A stretch of DNA of 57,219 nt, counting the filler, from Porpidia crustulata (taxonomy: Eukaryota): the NCBI GenBank assembly GCA_964255105.1. It is 4 parts of 4 records of this genome, joined end to end, with 100 filler letters (N's around TTAATTAATTAA, not from the genome) between each part and the next. Parts side by side here need not be neighbours in the genome. Positions count along the whole stretch, not along the records: positions 1 to 14,253 come from CAXUWE010000386.1; positions 14,354 to 28,602 come from CAXUWE010000387.1; 2 more parts are not named here. The stretch is one strand, 5' to 3'. The notes under the pieces are model-generated. The model was not told the origin of the DNA, did not search any database, and saw only the letters and a list, made by a program, of their open reading frames with translations. This document shows, piece after piece, positions 11,062 to 24,400 of the stretch (position 1 is the first letter of the stretch; the number at the start of each line of letters is the position of its first letter). Both the position numbers and the translations under genes were made by a program.

Positions 11062-12777
11062 ATGCCTTCTCCTGGCAATCTTGCAATCACGAAGATCATT
11101 GTCAAAGCACTAATCACAGCAACAACTGTGATGACAGCCGATATTGTCTCTCTGGTAATATTTCATCACACTAACAACGACACTGACACAAAGGTGCACG
11201 AGCAGCGAATCAGGGACCAGAGCAGCAGACCGGTTCGTTAAATATATGCCTTTGGGAACGAGATGTCCTCCTGACTACTTCGTGCTGTCGGCTAATTCAA
11301 ATATCCAGTACCTCGAAGAGTCAAAGTCCCCTAGCGTGGAATCCCATCCAGGTCTGGAGAGCCTCACAATTTTGCGGTGTACTATCGACATTCCGAAGTA
11401 AGTCTCCGTGTCCTTTTCTTTTGTGTCAGTATCAAGGGTGTTGTCGCATTCACGGCACCGCTTCTTGCATCGACAACAGAAATCTGTTTTTCCATTTCAG
11501 ACTTTTGTCATTTCGAATGAAGGTTGTGATATTGGGAAATTGTAACCCTCATTGCTCCTGCCTCCCCAATTGAGAACAATAAGGTCGACATTAGTAAATC
11601 TCATGTACTTTTTCTTGAAGACCATTTTCTACACATCGAATTCCTCCCCTCGAGATTTATTGAGACTGATTGAAATCCTCTAGCTCTTAATATAGCCGAC
11701 CAGCTAAGTGGCGTTCCTAATCTGATGGAAACCGAAGAACTGTCGATCGCTCTGTCGCCTCAGATGCGCCTGCTAGTGGATCAGAACTTCCACCAAGCTC
11801 TGGAGAACATCAACACGATCCATGGTCCACTTCGGCTTGTCGACAAGTCGAAAGCCAATCGTCTAGCCAAGATCAGTTACGACTTAGCTCAATTGCACAA
11901 AGAAGCCCATCGAGACGAGCTGCTATCGCCGTTGGAATCTACAGAGACTGACTCCCAATTGGATGGATCGTCAAACCCTGCTAAGCAGCAAGATATTCAG
12001 GAGAAGAAATCAGAGAAGCCGACGTGGGCAAAGATTGCGGCACCAAAGACAGGCGAATTGGAAGGAAAGCGGATCTCCATCGCTTCAGAACACGCTAAGC
12101 AAAGGAGAAGCGAGAGCATGTACATGGGTAGACCGGAGAATTCTGCTGTAAATGAGAACGAAGATGATCAGCAGCGTGTTGTAAATGTCTACGGGCTTGA
12201 CATTAGAACAAGTCTCAAAGACATAAGCCGCGCAATAGTTGAGGGACCATTGATGAGCCTCAAAATATCTACGAACCCAGACAGCACAAAATCCGCAGCC
12301 ATCGTGTTTTTAGAAGCAGCTCATGCAAAACAATTTATTGCTAGAAATGATGCTCTGCACGTGGTGAATAAACACGGATCGGGACTTTATGGACCACACG
12401 CCCAGGTGGTCCTTGGACACCCATACCACGATGACGAAGTATTCCATTATATGCGTGGCCGTGATGTACTACGACGGCGCTTGACCATCAGTGGCAAAGG
12501 ACTCTTTAACAGCGTGCAGCCGATTAAATTCTATCTTGACCTTGCCAGCGTCGTCGGAAAGGAGCAGCTAGAGCTGGTGTGGCTGTTCAACAAAGGCAAT
12601 GGCACCATTGTACTCAGTGGAGTACGAGAGGCGGTGAACTTAGCACTGTGGCTGAGGACCAAGGCGAGCGGAGATGGCCCCTACCACGGCGCCGACGTTC
12701 AATTCAGCCATGACTTTTGTGAACTGCGAGTTCCCCTCACCTCACAGATACCGGGCGGGGGCGAGGTGAAGATTTAG
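11062..12777 (+). CDS. Fungal protein with two degenerate RRM-like domains; probable upstream coding exons from 11062
   Basis: Core ORF 11725..12777 (RVVNVYGL..., SAAIVFLEAAHAKQF, RRRLTI, ELVWLFNKGNGTIV, VQFSHDFCE). Four predicted introns upstream keep an open frame from ATG 11062; the 5' end is uncertain. Confidence 0.6.
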
Positions 12778-13896
12778 ATTGCGAGGATGAAATACCGTGA
12801 AATGATGTCGATGGTCTTGATCCGCGAAAGGGACAAGGGGTCAGCATTGAATTGAACATTTCGGAAAGTCTCGAGATTTCTTTTAGTCGTGGAATCAGGA
12901 CGCGTTAATGTGGTTGCGTATCGATCTACTCGAAGTCTGGTCTCTAGTTTATCTAATTGGTATAGTGGGGATCGGTATTAGGTGTTGGAGAATACACAGA
13001 CTTTCGGCCAATGCCATTGTGGACGGCCTTTCTGTTCTCTGGAGCCCTTTGATGTTTGTATATCTCCTTTCTAAGACTAGCGCAGCGGAAGTATCTACCC
13101 CTGCTCATTGACGATCAAACGTCGACCTCCAGACAATATCCGACATCCCACGCACTTAATCAACAGAACGTTTTAGTTTATCCATGTGTCTCGATTGCTG
13201 CCCGAGAGCATATTTCTGCTAGAAATTGGTCGACAGTTTTTGACATACATCGCTCTATACATCACTTGCTGATCGAACGACATCTTGCACATTGAGAATT
13301 GCGGACTCGTGTCTTTCGGAGCTGATCTCTTCCTCCATCCTTCTATCAAATCCGAACCCGTCGTGTTACTTCCAGGGTGGAGATCTCTCCGAGCCGCAAC
13401 TCTTCAAATCTCTGATAAAACAATGTTTATTTTCTTGTACAGGGTGCGGTTCAAACAGACTTTGTTTCACGTGCAGATTTTACGGATGAGCAGCCCTAAT
13501 TGTTATGCTTTCCACTTCTCATTGGCTCGCGACAGGCGGGAAGAGCAAAACGTGCGCTTGTAGAGACCGAGGACGCTCAAGAAATTTCTTAATGTCTAGA
13601 CACCTCGTGTCAAGCGTCAATTGCCTCAGATCTCCACCTACCTACCCGTCCGTCCTATCAACTGTCTCATTAAAATCTCCGTCCCGCCCTCCACATCCCT
13701 GGACCATGAAGAAGAAACAGGATCTTTCGACCCGTCATGAAACGTTTCTCTATGGAGAACAGGCCCACTGGGCTGCTTGGCTATGATCCTTCAGTTGCGC
13801 GTCTCTTCCTCCGCCTCAAGCCCTATAAACGAGGCTTGCCCCCATTTCCACTGCATATGCACACATAATTTAGGTCTGTCCACGGTCGTTGTATCA

Positions 13897-14253
13897 ATGT
13901 TATTTTCTGTCGTTTCCCTTGTCGTCCTTCTCGCCGCTGGCGGCGAAGCAAAACCTTGCGTTAAACGTGGCAACGGCACCACTATCAGCGACGGCCTTGG
14001 CAACAGACCCATCCACATTGTCCCCGCGACGAGCGGACCGGTCGGATCCAATGTCCAACCAGGGCCGTCAGGCAAATGCCCCGCCGCCTTCCTCAATGTC
14101 GTCTTCAACACGGGCGCGGCCAAGACCTCGGGCTGGCCCAACAAGATCTGGGATTCCCTCGCCAGTAACAAAGTCTCCAACTGGATCGGCTTCTCCGTTA
14201 AACCCCTCTCGCAAAACCAGCACTACAACACCGACGCCGGCCCCGCCCCCTCC
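13897..14253 (+). CDS. Secreted protein, N-terminal fragment truncated by gap; function not determined
   Basis: Signal peptide MLFSVVSLVVLLAAGGEA followed by a KR Kex2-like site; TATAAA ~70 nt upstream; frame open into the N run. Confidence 0.65.
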
Positions 14254-14353
14254 NNNNNNNNNNNNNNNNNNNNNNNNNNNNNNNNNNNNNNNNNNNNTTA
14301 ATTAATTAANNNNNNNNNNNNNNNNNNNNNNNNNNNNNNNNNNNNNNNNNNNN
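14254..14353. other. Artificial contig spacer
   Basis: 44 N + TTAATTAATTAA (stops in all six frames) + 44 N. Confidence 0.98.
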
Positions 14354-15070
14354 TTGTAGGGGGTCGGGGGGTTGTTGAGGCCGTTTTCTTTGTCTTTGCG
14401 CTTTCTGTGCTCTGCGAACTCTTCGAGGATGTCGGCGCGCGTTGGCTGGCTTCCCCGGAAGCGCGGGGGTTTGGGGCCGGAGTCTTCGGCTTTCAGGCCC
14501 ATGCGCGAGCGCACCTTGGATTCTCGTGCGCCACCGGCATTGCCTGCTCTGGTCTGTGGGCGTCTGCTGGCTCCGGACGGAGGTGGGCGGTTGTTTTTGT
14601 TTTTGGCGCTGGGTTGGTGTCGGTGCTGGATTGAGGGGCGCTCGGGATCTCTGGCGATGACTTCTCGGAGAGATGTTTGCTGGCCGGATTGAACTTTGCG
14701 TGGGGTGGACGTTGGGCGGGGCGCTGCGAGGCTGCGAGCGTCGATAGGGGAGCGACCGTCGCCGCTGTTGCGGTGGATCATGAATTGGGGTTTGGCTTGA
14801 TCGGAGAGGGACTGGGTAGCTTGCGTTATGGATTCATTACGGATTTGGCGAGGGCGCTTTGATGGAGCTTATGTACCACATGTGAGCTTGGGATTCTTGA
14901 TCGAGGATGAGGGTACATAGGAGGGATTGAATACCTTGGGTGTCTCCGTCTGCGAAGCTCTTGGCGGAGATGTGGAACGCGCGAAGGCAGATGGCATTAT
15001 TCTCCAGTCGAGGCAGTATGCCAGAAGGCCTGCCTCTACCCAGAGCAGAGTGAACATGTAATTTGTGCAT
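14354..15070 (-). CDS. Probable mitochondrial protein, 5' part, truncated by gap
   Basis: ATG 15070 with presequence-like MHKLHVHSALGRGRPS...CLRAFHISAKS. Intron 14934-14868 (GTATTC...AAG) joins it in frame to the Arg-rich ORF 14302..14781. Confidence 0.65.
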
Positions 15071-15355
15071 GTTCTATATTGGTCCTGGCAGTTGGAAGTG
15101 TTTAGACAGGCACAAAAACTAACTTCAGGATTCTCGGATGGCGGTACTTGCCGATGCTTGAACACTCACAAGGGGGAGATAAAGTCATTGTAAAACTTTG
15201 ATAGCACATCCATATAGATTACTCTAATGACATATCACACCCCCTGTGATTGGTGCAACCGTACCCTCTCTAAATCCGTCCAAAGCTCACCAAAACCAAC
15301 ATCTTCGACTCCCACACTCCCCCCACATCTCCCCCACAACCTACAAATCTCCATC

Positions 15356-15592
15356 ATGCTTCGTCGTAAGCCCACCGCCATAACCGTCACCTCCGAAGAT
15401 GTCGCCGCCTTCGATGATGAACGCTCACGCAGATATCAGGAAGAAAACAGACGTGTCGATAGCCCCAAGCACGAGGACCCAAAGAAAGCCGCCGTGGACC
15501 CGAATGATGAGTTGAAGCCTTTGCCGAGTGATAGAACGAGGGCTGTGAGGACGATGCCGACGAGAGACGAGAGGATTGGGCTGGGTAGATGA
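15356..15592 (+). CDS. CDC26: Anaphase-promoting complex subunit Cdc26
   Basis: Diagnostic N-terminus MLRRKPTAITVTSEDVAAF; 78 aa; divergent from the neighbouring gene. Confidence 0.85.
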   Translation: MLRRKPTAITVTSEDVAAFDDERSRRYQEENRRVDSPKHEDPKKAAVDPNDELKPLPSDRTRAVRTMPTRDERIGLGR

Positions 15593-16149
15593 GGCTGGGG
15601 TGTGACTTTAATTTACTTCTATTTACGTCACGGTTGGGGTACAGTGTTACACTATACTGGAGGGTGGTTAATCATCGGGGATTGGATAAGATTACAACAT
15701 TGATCTGAACAAATTTGGTATGTTGCAGTAGAGGCGGAAATTATGCCTCTGTTCCTATTAACATTGTAATTCTGCCCCTGCCCAAGCCCATCATTCGGGA
15801 AACGCCTGATAAATCAAGTATGCCGCTAATTCGCTATCAGAAAAGACAGTATGAAGGAGCATGAATCCTGAACCACCATCTCATTATCGGAAATTCTTGC
15901 TCGCTCCCAAGGTACCCGCTAATACAGTACCGACGCTCGCTGAACTGCTATGCATCAAAGGAGTGACATTTCACCTTACAACGTCAAATACTGTGGAGAA
16001 CATTATGACGAAAGGACTTGTGTATTTGCTGGTCGTTCAAAAGCGCTGCGACGGCCAGAACGGTTGTCTGACGATCTCGATCCATTGACTTTATTCAAGG
16101 CCAAGTGCACGGTATCCCACTTATATTACGTCCGAGAGTGGGCGCAAGC

Positions 16150-16889
16150 TTATAGCATGAAAGTAAAGCCTGCACAAACACCAGCCAAGGTAAGGACGAG
16201 ACCATACGTCTGGCCGAAACTCAAGGCAAGAGCACGTGTGCTGATGATGCTATCGGCCGCTGATGATGGCGTTGCTGTGGAAGCACCTCCAAAGCCCGTG
16301 TATAGTGTGGAGCCACCGGTGGTGACAGGAGATGGACCGCCAGTGGAGGAAGCTCCAGTGGAGGTGGCGGTCATGGTACTAATAGTGGAGGAATTCACCA
16401 AATTCGGGCTCTGGGCGCCACACGGGTGGTCGTTGCGGCAAGCGCTTTGGCATGAACTATCACTTGGAGCACATCTGGCTACGCATTGTGTAGCAGCCGT
16501 TGTGCACTCGAAGTACGGGATTGTTTGAGAGTATTGTGATGCGTTTGGGGATTGCCCATCGCTGCAGACACACGAATAGATCAATGTAGTCTAGGTTGAG
16601 ATTTAGTAATGATGAGTAAGATGGGAAAGACAAATAGGCTTACCTCATTGCATCTGTTCTCTATTGGTGCTGCCGTAGTGTTAGGAAGTTGCAAGCATAT
16701 CAATGGACAAGAGCTCTTTTGATCATCACACCATGTTGCTAGACCCTCAAGTAAGTCTCGAATCTTTTCAAGGAATATCTAGTGCTTACACTTCGTTTGT
16801 TGGTCAACAGTTGATGGATCAATGCTTTGCAGCGAGGCAAACTTGATTAGACTTGCAACAAGCACCGTAACAGCAACGAGGGGATACAT
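16150..16889 (-). CDS. GPI-anchored Cys-rich cell-surface protein (3 exons)
   Basis: Signal peptide, WCDDQKSSCPLIC...YSCVC...TIPYFEC...CQSACR..HPCG domain, Ser/Thr-rich stalk and hydrophobic C-terminal GPI signal; introns 16789-16739 and 16643-16591. Confidence 0.85.
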
Positions 16890-18010
16890 CTCGAAGCTTG
16901 AATTAATTTTGCTTTGACTGGAATAGATGTCAGTATCTGATCGAGCTGTTGGTGTTACAAGTCTGCTCGGGGCCAGGGGATCGGGCGGGTGAATGAAGAC
17001 GCACATAATGATCTTTAATACTTCTCTCTTGACAATAAAAACGACAGTAAGAACGACAGTGAAGCTGTACGGTACAAAAATGAAGCGAACGTATGGGATT
17101 AACGATGTGGAGAAATGGTGTTGAAGAACAGAGAAGGTAGGAGAAAAGAAATGGCTGAGTGAGTGGAGTCGACTGGATCCGTAAAGTCGATAAGAAAGTG
17201 GCAGGGATCAGAGTAGTACGAAGTCGTAGCACGGAGTCGTAGTACGACTGTCCGTCACCGATATCTAACACTAGACTTCAATGCCTACTCATATTCTAGC
17301 GCTAGTCATCAATACCATCTTCTTGGATAATACACCTTTCAGTCGAACACCACCATGATTTTGGATATTTCGTCTGCCTATGTCGGATGCAGAATTTCAT
17401 ACCAATATCATATCATATACATCTCGAATAATTGAGGTAACAGTGATGTTGTTTATCTGGATCAAAAATCCTCTGTTGTCAAGGACTGAGCAGGTAGATG
17501 GATAGATCTGGCATTGGTATCTAGCGTTTCTCAAAGTCTGGTAGTCCGTAGTTCGAGACCTCTAAAAGATCGGGAGTCCCGGCCGGTCCATTAAGCGAAA
17601 GCGAGAAAAGACTTGCATATCAGATCTGAGGGCGATAATTGGCTTAACTGATTACCTTCCGCATTTGATGCCTGGTAGTCTAGTCTAGAAGTGCACGGCG
17701 GCACTCGAATTTTTCCTTCCTCAACGAGGTACGCGTCAACAACTTGCTATTGAATTGGATCGTCGACGTTGGCAATGAGAGTGCGTAGAGCCCACAAATT
17801 AAATCAGAGCAGCTCTAGGTACTTACTTAGTGGTAAGTTAGAGCTACTTTACCTGGATACCCTCGAATCTCCACAAACCTGATCGTCAAGGGTCGCCATT
17901 TGCACTATAATTTCAGGGTGAACTACGCTAATTCCACCTGTCGATGTCAACTAGAATACTCGCCAGGTCAAAGATAACCGGCAGTGCGAAGGAACCGCCT
18001 CTCCTCATGG

Positions 18011-18828
18011 ATGGATCCTACAGGGAATGAGTCTTCATCTCCAAAATATGACATTACTACCCATCAGCATTCTGGACCAGATGAACAGCCCATAGTACCG
18101 CCCTATTGGCAGCATCGTCGATTGATATCGTATTCCTCGCTGAATACTAGCAGACCTCCCCCTATTACTCTGGAAGATCATACGGAGGAGACGTCGGAAC
18201 AGACTGGCTCGTTATGGGCGAGGAGGGTTTCGATTGAAGATCGTGTTGTAATTCAAGGCAATGTACCTAGTCTCGGTGATTATACAGTCTGGAATTGTAA
18301 CATAGACACTCTCGATGTCAGTATGCGTTATTCTGTTCTCGTACTTCAATTGCGCTCCTTAGAAAAGACGGTTCTACATCTGTCGCACTGAATTGTGTAT
18401 TTTTCTTCAATATTGATGTGCAATCTCTTCAGGGCGGATCAATAATCATCAGAAAGAGGTCAGTCAGTCACTCCTTGTTTCCTTGATCCATCTGCTCAAT
18501 GGTCGGTAGATACTCCGAGTTTTCTGATTTGCGAAAAAAGCTCCTGATAACGTTCCCAAATGCTGGAGCCGCCATGCCTCCATTACCACAGAAGAGCATG
18601 ATCCGTAGGTGACTACTACGTACGAGAGACTTCACCTCATTTGTGCTGATCTCAAGCAGACAGATTTCAACCGGCTTTTTTGGAGAAGAGACGAGCTGGC
18701 CTCGTATACTTTCTGAAGTTGCTGCGCACCTACGCCCTGTTCCACTTTTACTGACAATCGGTAGCTGTATATTACTGAATCCTGAGTTCTCTGCAGCCCC
18801 TGTACTGAAAGAATTCATTTTTAATTGA
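18011..18828 (+). CDS. YPT35: PX-domain endosomal/vacuolar adaptor Ypt35-like (multi-exon)
   Basis: Spliced product ITLEDH...LWARRVSI...YTVWNC|GGSIIIRKR|YSEFSDLRKKL...PPLPQK|...FLEKRRAGL|CILLNPEF...KEFIFN*. Confidence 0.8.
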
Positions 18829-19286
18829 GGCGTGTGAAGATCCGAGAACAGGGTCACAGACCGACATCATTCACGATGGAGTACAAGTCGGAACAGCTCT
18901 ACATTGAGGTATATACACTTGCAACACCCGTAATCACAAATATGTCACATTTTTAAAAGCTAGGTCAACGATAGGAGATGTCTCCGTCGAAATCAATGTA
19001 CACCACAACCGCGGCGACTTGATCACGGTCATTGCGTGAACTGTAGTGATGAAATCTGTGATACTATCGAACCGATATGTTAAGATGATAGGCGATCTTT
19101 TTCCGCTCCATGGTATGATGCTGCCGCCGTTAAGTCTTAATCATAAACTTCGCCTAGGGTCAAGCGTGCTAAACGTCTCACAAATTTCATCACATTTTAT
19201 CCCCAGTTCAGTATGATTGCTTTATCTCAATTGCCTCAATCGTAAAGAACTGCTAGAGACTATGCTACTCGACTTCCAGCATCAAT

Positions 19287-20830
19287 ATGGCCGCGCTCCC
19301 AAGGCCATCGCGTCGCTCCGCTTCGCAAAGAAGTGCCGGAGTTGATTTATCTGCGACCGGCGTAGAGCGGAAACCTTCCACTCACATCTCTAGACTTGGG
19401 AAGCGCACACGCGAGTCAGTACTACTCACCGGCGATAAAGGTACTCTGAGAAAAGAAAAGACCGGCGTTTTGGATCTTCCACGTCATTTGATTGCTCAAA
19501 CCCATCACGCAGATTGTCTTACGACTCCTGCTGATCCGTCGCTGCTGACAGGCGTGGCGCACCAAAATTTTAGTTCGCGAATTGCAAAGTCGGAATCCAC
19601 GCGACAAGATGTGGATAATCTGGGGACCACTGCTACTGGCGACAGAATCACCCCAAATGGTGCCGACAACCGACTCGGTCCATCTATCGTGGCACGAAAA
19701 GTTGACAAGAGGAGTCTGAGGTCTCAGGATGGGGGTTCGCGGTCAAAAAGCGAGCTCGCATTATATTTTCCCAATTATGACCAGCTTGTCAGCATTGAGC
19801 CAAAGACGCCCGGTATGATGATGACTAAATCAGTCCTTCCCTGAATTATGCACTGACCATTGCAGAATTATTGACAATAGACACACTTGTCATGATCACA
19901 GACGAACCCGTAAAACACACAGCTTTGCAGGCAAAGCCATCAACATTGCTCATCCAAGTCGCGAATAATGAGAACCCTACAGCGAACCAGGTCTCCACCG
20001 ATCCTATCAAACTCTTCCAGACGTCCAAGAGATTTGACAACGAGTCAATGAAGTTGAATGAGGCTCAGCGCATTGAATTCTCCTCCGTTCACGGCTTAGC
20101 GAAGCTCCCTGGGGAAGATTTAATGGCTGATGCCGTTTACCTCAAAGCCCATCGGCGAGCAGAGAGACAAGAGAAACAGCTCCGCAACATCGAAAAGGAA
20201 AGAGCACAACATGAGAAAGTGCAACTCGAACGATTGGTGGACGGCCTTAAGGGCCATGATTGGCTCAGGGTCATGGGCATCAGCGGTATCACGGACACGG
20301 AGAAGAAGCTATACGAACCAAAAAAAGAGTATCTTATCCAGGAGGTTGAGAGTCTACTGGAAAAGTTCAGAGTCTGGAAAGAGGAAGAGAAACGGCGGAA
20401 GTTGGAGAAGGAGCAGAAAGCCGAAGAGGGCGACGAAGACGAGTCCGAAAGCAGTCATGCCGAACCTCCTGATTACAGTGACGTCGATGCATGGGCCGCG
20501 AGACAACTGCACAGAGAAGCCAGTTCAGCTAATGGCGTAAGGTCATGGAAGAACAAACGCCACCGACCACAACCAGTTGATGAGGTGCCGTGGCCGGTCG
20601 AGAAACCTTTTACGTCTTTCTTCTCAAAACCTTACATGCGAGCAGCTGCTCTTGGCAAGCATCGACGTGGAAGGACAACAGTCGCATTCGGGCATCCTCT
20701 GCCCGATATTCCGGAACAGGAATTTGAAATGCCTTCAGATCTCTTGACACAGGATGCACTGAATGCAAGTGCTAGAAGGTCACGACGGGCAAATCGGGAA
20801 AGTAAAGAGAATCGAGAGAAACCGGGATGA
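19287..20830 (+). CDS. SAS4: Something-about-silencing protein 4 (SAS4) domain protein
   Basis: YLKAHRRAERQEKQLRNIEKERAQHEK...DWLRVMGI...LLEKFRVWKEEEK; intron 19813-19865. Confidence 0.85.
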
Positions 20831-21407
20831 AAGTGCTTCAGTCGGTACCTTGTACATAATGGGGTCAAGCCTCTCTCACGAGCGACGGCGTTGGATCGGT
20901 TTTACCATGATTTAGGTTGTACCATCACCAGCGACTTAGAATAGTGTAGCCTAGCGTGCCTAGGTAGAGTGACTCTCTCTGTCCAAAGAGATTACTATTT
21001 GATATCTAGAAATTGACCTGAAATGATGAAGTATTAAATATGGAGGTCGTCCTCCAGTCATACATATCTATCAGAGCTCGCTACGGGGCTATCGATAAGA
21101 GCTTGTTGCGATCCATGATTTCGGTACTCTAATTCACACCTCACACCATACATCACATTTAAGACTCACAACACATTCGCTTGAGAGGTGTGATGACTTC
21201 ATTGTCTATCCATTTGCTAAGATCCGAAAAGTATTGTCACGCTTTCTAACGCTACTGGTATCTAGTATTGCTGCGGGCCCGGTTCTCATGCCGCGGCCAC
21301 AGATAGCTCCGCCCAGAATGAGTCGTGAATTGATCATACTTGCTCTGAGATAGCGAGATTTCTCCAGAGCTACTGGCACGGTTGTAGTCAGTGAAAAGCA
21401 CAGCAGG

Positions 21408-24400
21408 ATGGTTGGCCTGGTTGAGCTTCCAAGTCCGCAGGCTCCCGGGCTGGGCTTCTCAATATCACACCAAAAGGTGGACCTTGACATCGACATTCTA
21501 TCAAGACGCCTGAAGGGCAGGACAGAGATTACAGTCAATCCTCACTCTCGAGATCTGAAAACCATTCGTCTTAATTGTCGACAATGTGAGCTCACGCGCC
21601 TGAGTGTCAACGGCAAGGCCTCACTCAGCGCCCCCTACCAAGATCCCTATAAGCGTGCAAAGCTTCCGTGGAACGCAGGTGTCCACCAATATCATATGCT
21701 ACGGCAAAAATTGGAAGGTCAACTCAAAGTTCCACCAGAGGAAGAGCTAGTGGTGAATCTACCCAAAAGCATCAGGATTGATGAGCTCGACCCGCTCTCT
21801 GTGGAGCTGCAGAATATTTTGGTTACAAAGTCTATGGGGGGTGCAAAAAGGGAGTCTGGTGAAAGTTTGCCCAGTGACTTTGCTCAAGCTCCACGAGCGG
21901 TAATCGACCAGACCCTACGCTTTACTCCAATAACGCTCGTCGTGGATTACGTGATAAACAATTTTCGTGATGGCATACAATTCGTAGGATGGGAAGATGG
22001 GGATCTACGGTATCCTCATGCGTATACCAAAAATTCTCCATCGGCGAGTATTGCATGCTGTCTTTTCCCTTGCCTCGACGATATAAGCTCTCGATGTACA
22101 TGGGAAATTTCAATCAAATGCGCAAGAACAATTGGAGATGCCCTCCATAAGAATTCCAAACCGCACACTCTTCTACATGTCAACGGCAGCAACCGTGGGT
22201 CTAAGAGTGATCACCGTACCTCAGATTTCTCAAATAGCCATATCAATTGTAGTGAGGAGGATAGGGCTTTGGAGCTAGTCGTTGTTTGCACAGGAGATAT
22301 GACGGACGAGGTAAAGATTGAGGCAGCGTGGAAATATGCTGAACTGACAGGAATAGATCACGGATCCCACGGACCCCTCGAAGAAGACAACTTCCTTCAC
22401 ATGTTTGACAGCCGTGGCCCCTCAGCATGTTGGATTTGCCATCGGACCCTTCGAATATGTCGACTTGACAGAGTTTAGGGAAAGCGATGAAGACGATAAG
22501 CTTGGGCAGAACGCTGTTCCAGTCCACGGTTTCTGTTTACCCGGAAGAGCTACCGAATTGAGAAACACCTGTCTGCCCTTGGCAAAGGTAGACGTTCCTT
22601 GAAGTAATGCCAGAAAGGTCCGAAGGTTGACAGATTTTTAGGCAGTAGACTTTTTCACGCTAGCATACGGCTCTTACCCATTTTCCAACTACAAGGTCTG
22701 TTTCGTAGATGAGCTTTTACCAGACATTTCATACACCGGATCTTTGTCGATAGCCAGCAGCAGACTACTATTTCCAGAGGACATCCTCGATCCTCTAGAT
22801 AAAGTCAGTCGTCAACTGGTTCATGCCTTAGCCTCCCAATGGATGGGTATCAATATAGTACCCAAAGAAGCAGTGGATACTTGGGTTGTGGTTGGCATCG
22901 CCTATTTTATCACTGACGTATTCATGAAAAAGCTTTCTGGTAATAATGACTATCGCTATCGTCAAAAGAAAGCATCAGATCGGACGTGTGAGCTTGATGC
23001 CGCGAGGCCCTCGCTCTATGACACGGGACCGCTTCTAAATCTCGATCCATCAGAGCTTGAGTTCATGGCACTCAAAGCGCCGCTGGTCTTGTTCATACTT
23101 GATCGGAGACTTGCCAAAGCAAGCGGCTCGTCCGGACTTTCTCGCATTGTCTCAAGAGTTTTCTTGAATGCGAAGGTTGGCGACTTAGCCAATGGTGCTA
23201 TTGACACCGTTTACTTCATTAAGACGTGTGAGAAGCTTGGGCATGCCAAGTTGGAAATCTTCTTTACTCAATGGGTTTACGGCGCTGGTTGCCCACGCTT
23301 TCGCATTAATCAGCGTTTCAATAAGAAGAAACTTGTGGTTGAGATGCTAATCCAGCAGTCTCAAGCCGAATTACCTGAGCGAGATTTAGAAATGCAATCA
23401 TTCATGCGCGATGTAAAAGAGGATATTCATACAGTCTACGCGGGCCCCGTCCAGCCTATATTTACCGTAGGGTCCGTTGAAACTAGACGTAGATGTCTCA
23501 CTAATATCTCTAGGGTCCAATGACCATTCGCATTCATGAGGCCGATGGCACTCCATATGAGCATATCATCGAGATCAAAGAGGCGCTCACGAAGTTTGAG
23601 ATTCCGTACAACACAAAGTACAAGCGGCTCAAGCGCAGTAGGCGCCAGAAGGAAAGAACTGCTGCAGTTGCGGGAATGGAATACACAGGTGATGGCGATA
23701 ACGATATCCTCCTCTATTGCTTGGGTGATGTTTTGCAATCCGAAGACGAAATCAAAGACTGGAGACTGGTTGAGTGGAGCAAAGAAGATGAAGATAAAAT
23801 GAGTCAGGAGTCGTACGAATGGATCCGGATGGATGCTGACTTCGAATGGATTTGCAAGATGTCTATCTCTATGCCTGGATATATGTATCTTTCGCAGCTA
23901 CAGCAGGATCGAGATGTTGTCGCTCAATTAGAATCAATTCAATACATGGCTGCCCAGAAGGAACATCCGTTGATCTCGACTATCCTGGTGCGTACCTTGA
24001 TGGATGGAAGGTATTTCCATGGCATAAGAGAGGCTGCCATTGCTGCCTTGCCTACACATGCCACGGAACGGCTCGACTGGTTAGGACAGTTCCACTTAGA
24101 GAAGGCGTTCCGGGAGTTCTTCTGCTACGCGGATTCATCGATGACTCGATCAAATGAATTCTCTGACCGTACCGCTTACTACGTACAGCGTGCAATTCCA
24201 CAGGCTATTTCCAAAGTGCGAGACGGCGCTGGACGTGCCCCAATGAGTGCGATCACGTTCCTGCTCGAAAAGCTCAGGTTCAATGATAATTCGAACAATG
24301 AGGTGAGACCTCAAGGACTCCCCTATAGATTAATACTGTTGCTGATGTGGTCAGTTTTCTGACTGTCACTACCTCGCTACCTTAATGACCTCGCTGGCGG

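Noticed and set aside
11128..11190. GTGATGA...CTGA pair suggesting a small C/D snoRNA
   Set aside because: Only ~60 nt, and the CTGAC is better explained as an intron branch point
14298..14309. TTAATTAATTAA palindrome repeated three times in the window
   Set aside because: Embedded in N runs; a synthetic six-frame-stop linker, not a biological repeat
14869..14871. Apparent premature TAA between two in-frame minus-strand ORFs (readthrough or editing candidate)
   Set aside because: Falls inside a canonical intron (14934-14868); the true exon 1 is in another frame
21020..21350. RTGATGA and CTGA boxes between SAS4 and TAF2 suggesting a C/D snoRNA
   Set aside because: No convincing terminal stem or recognisable rRNA guide; motifs this short occur by chance
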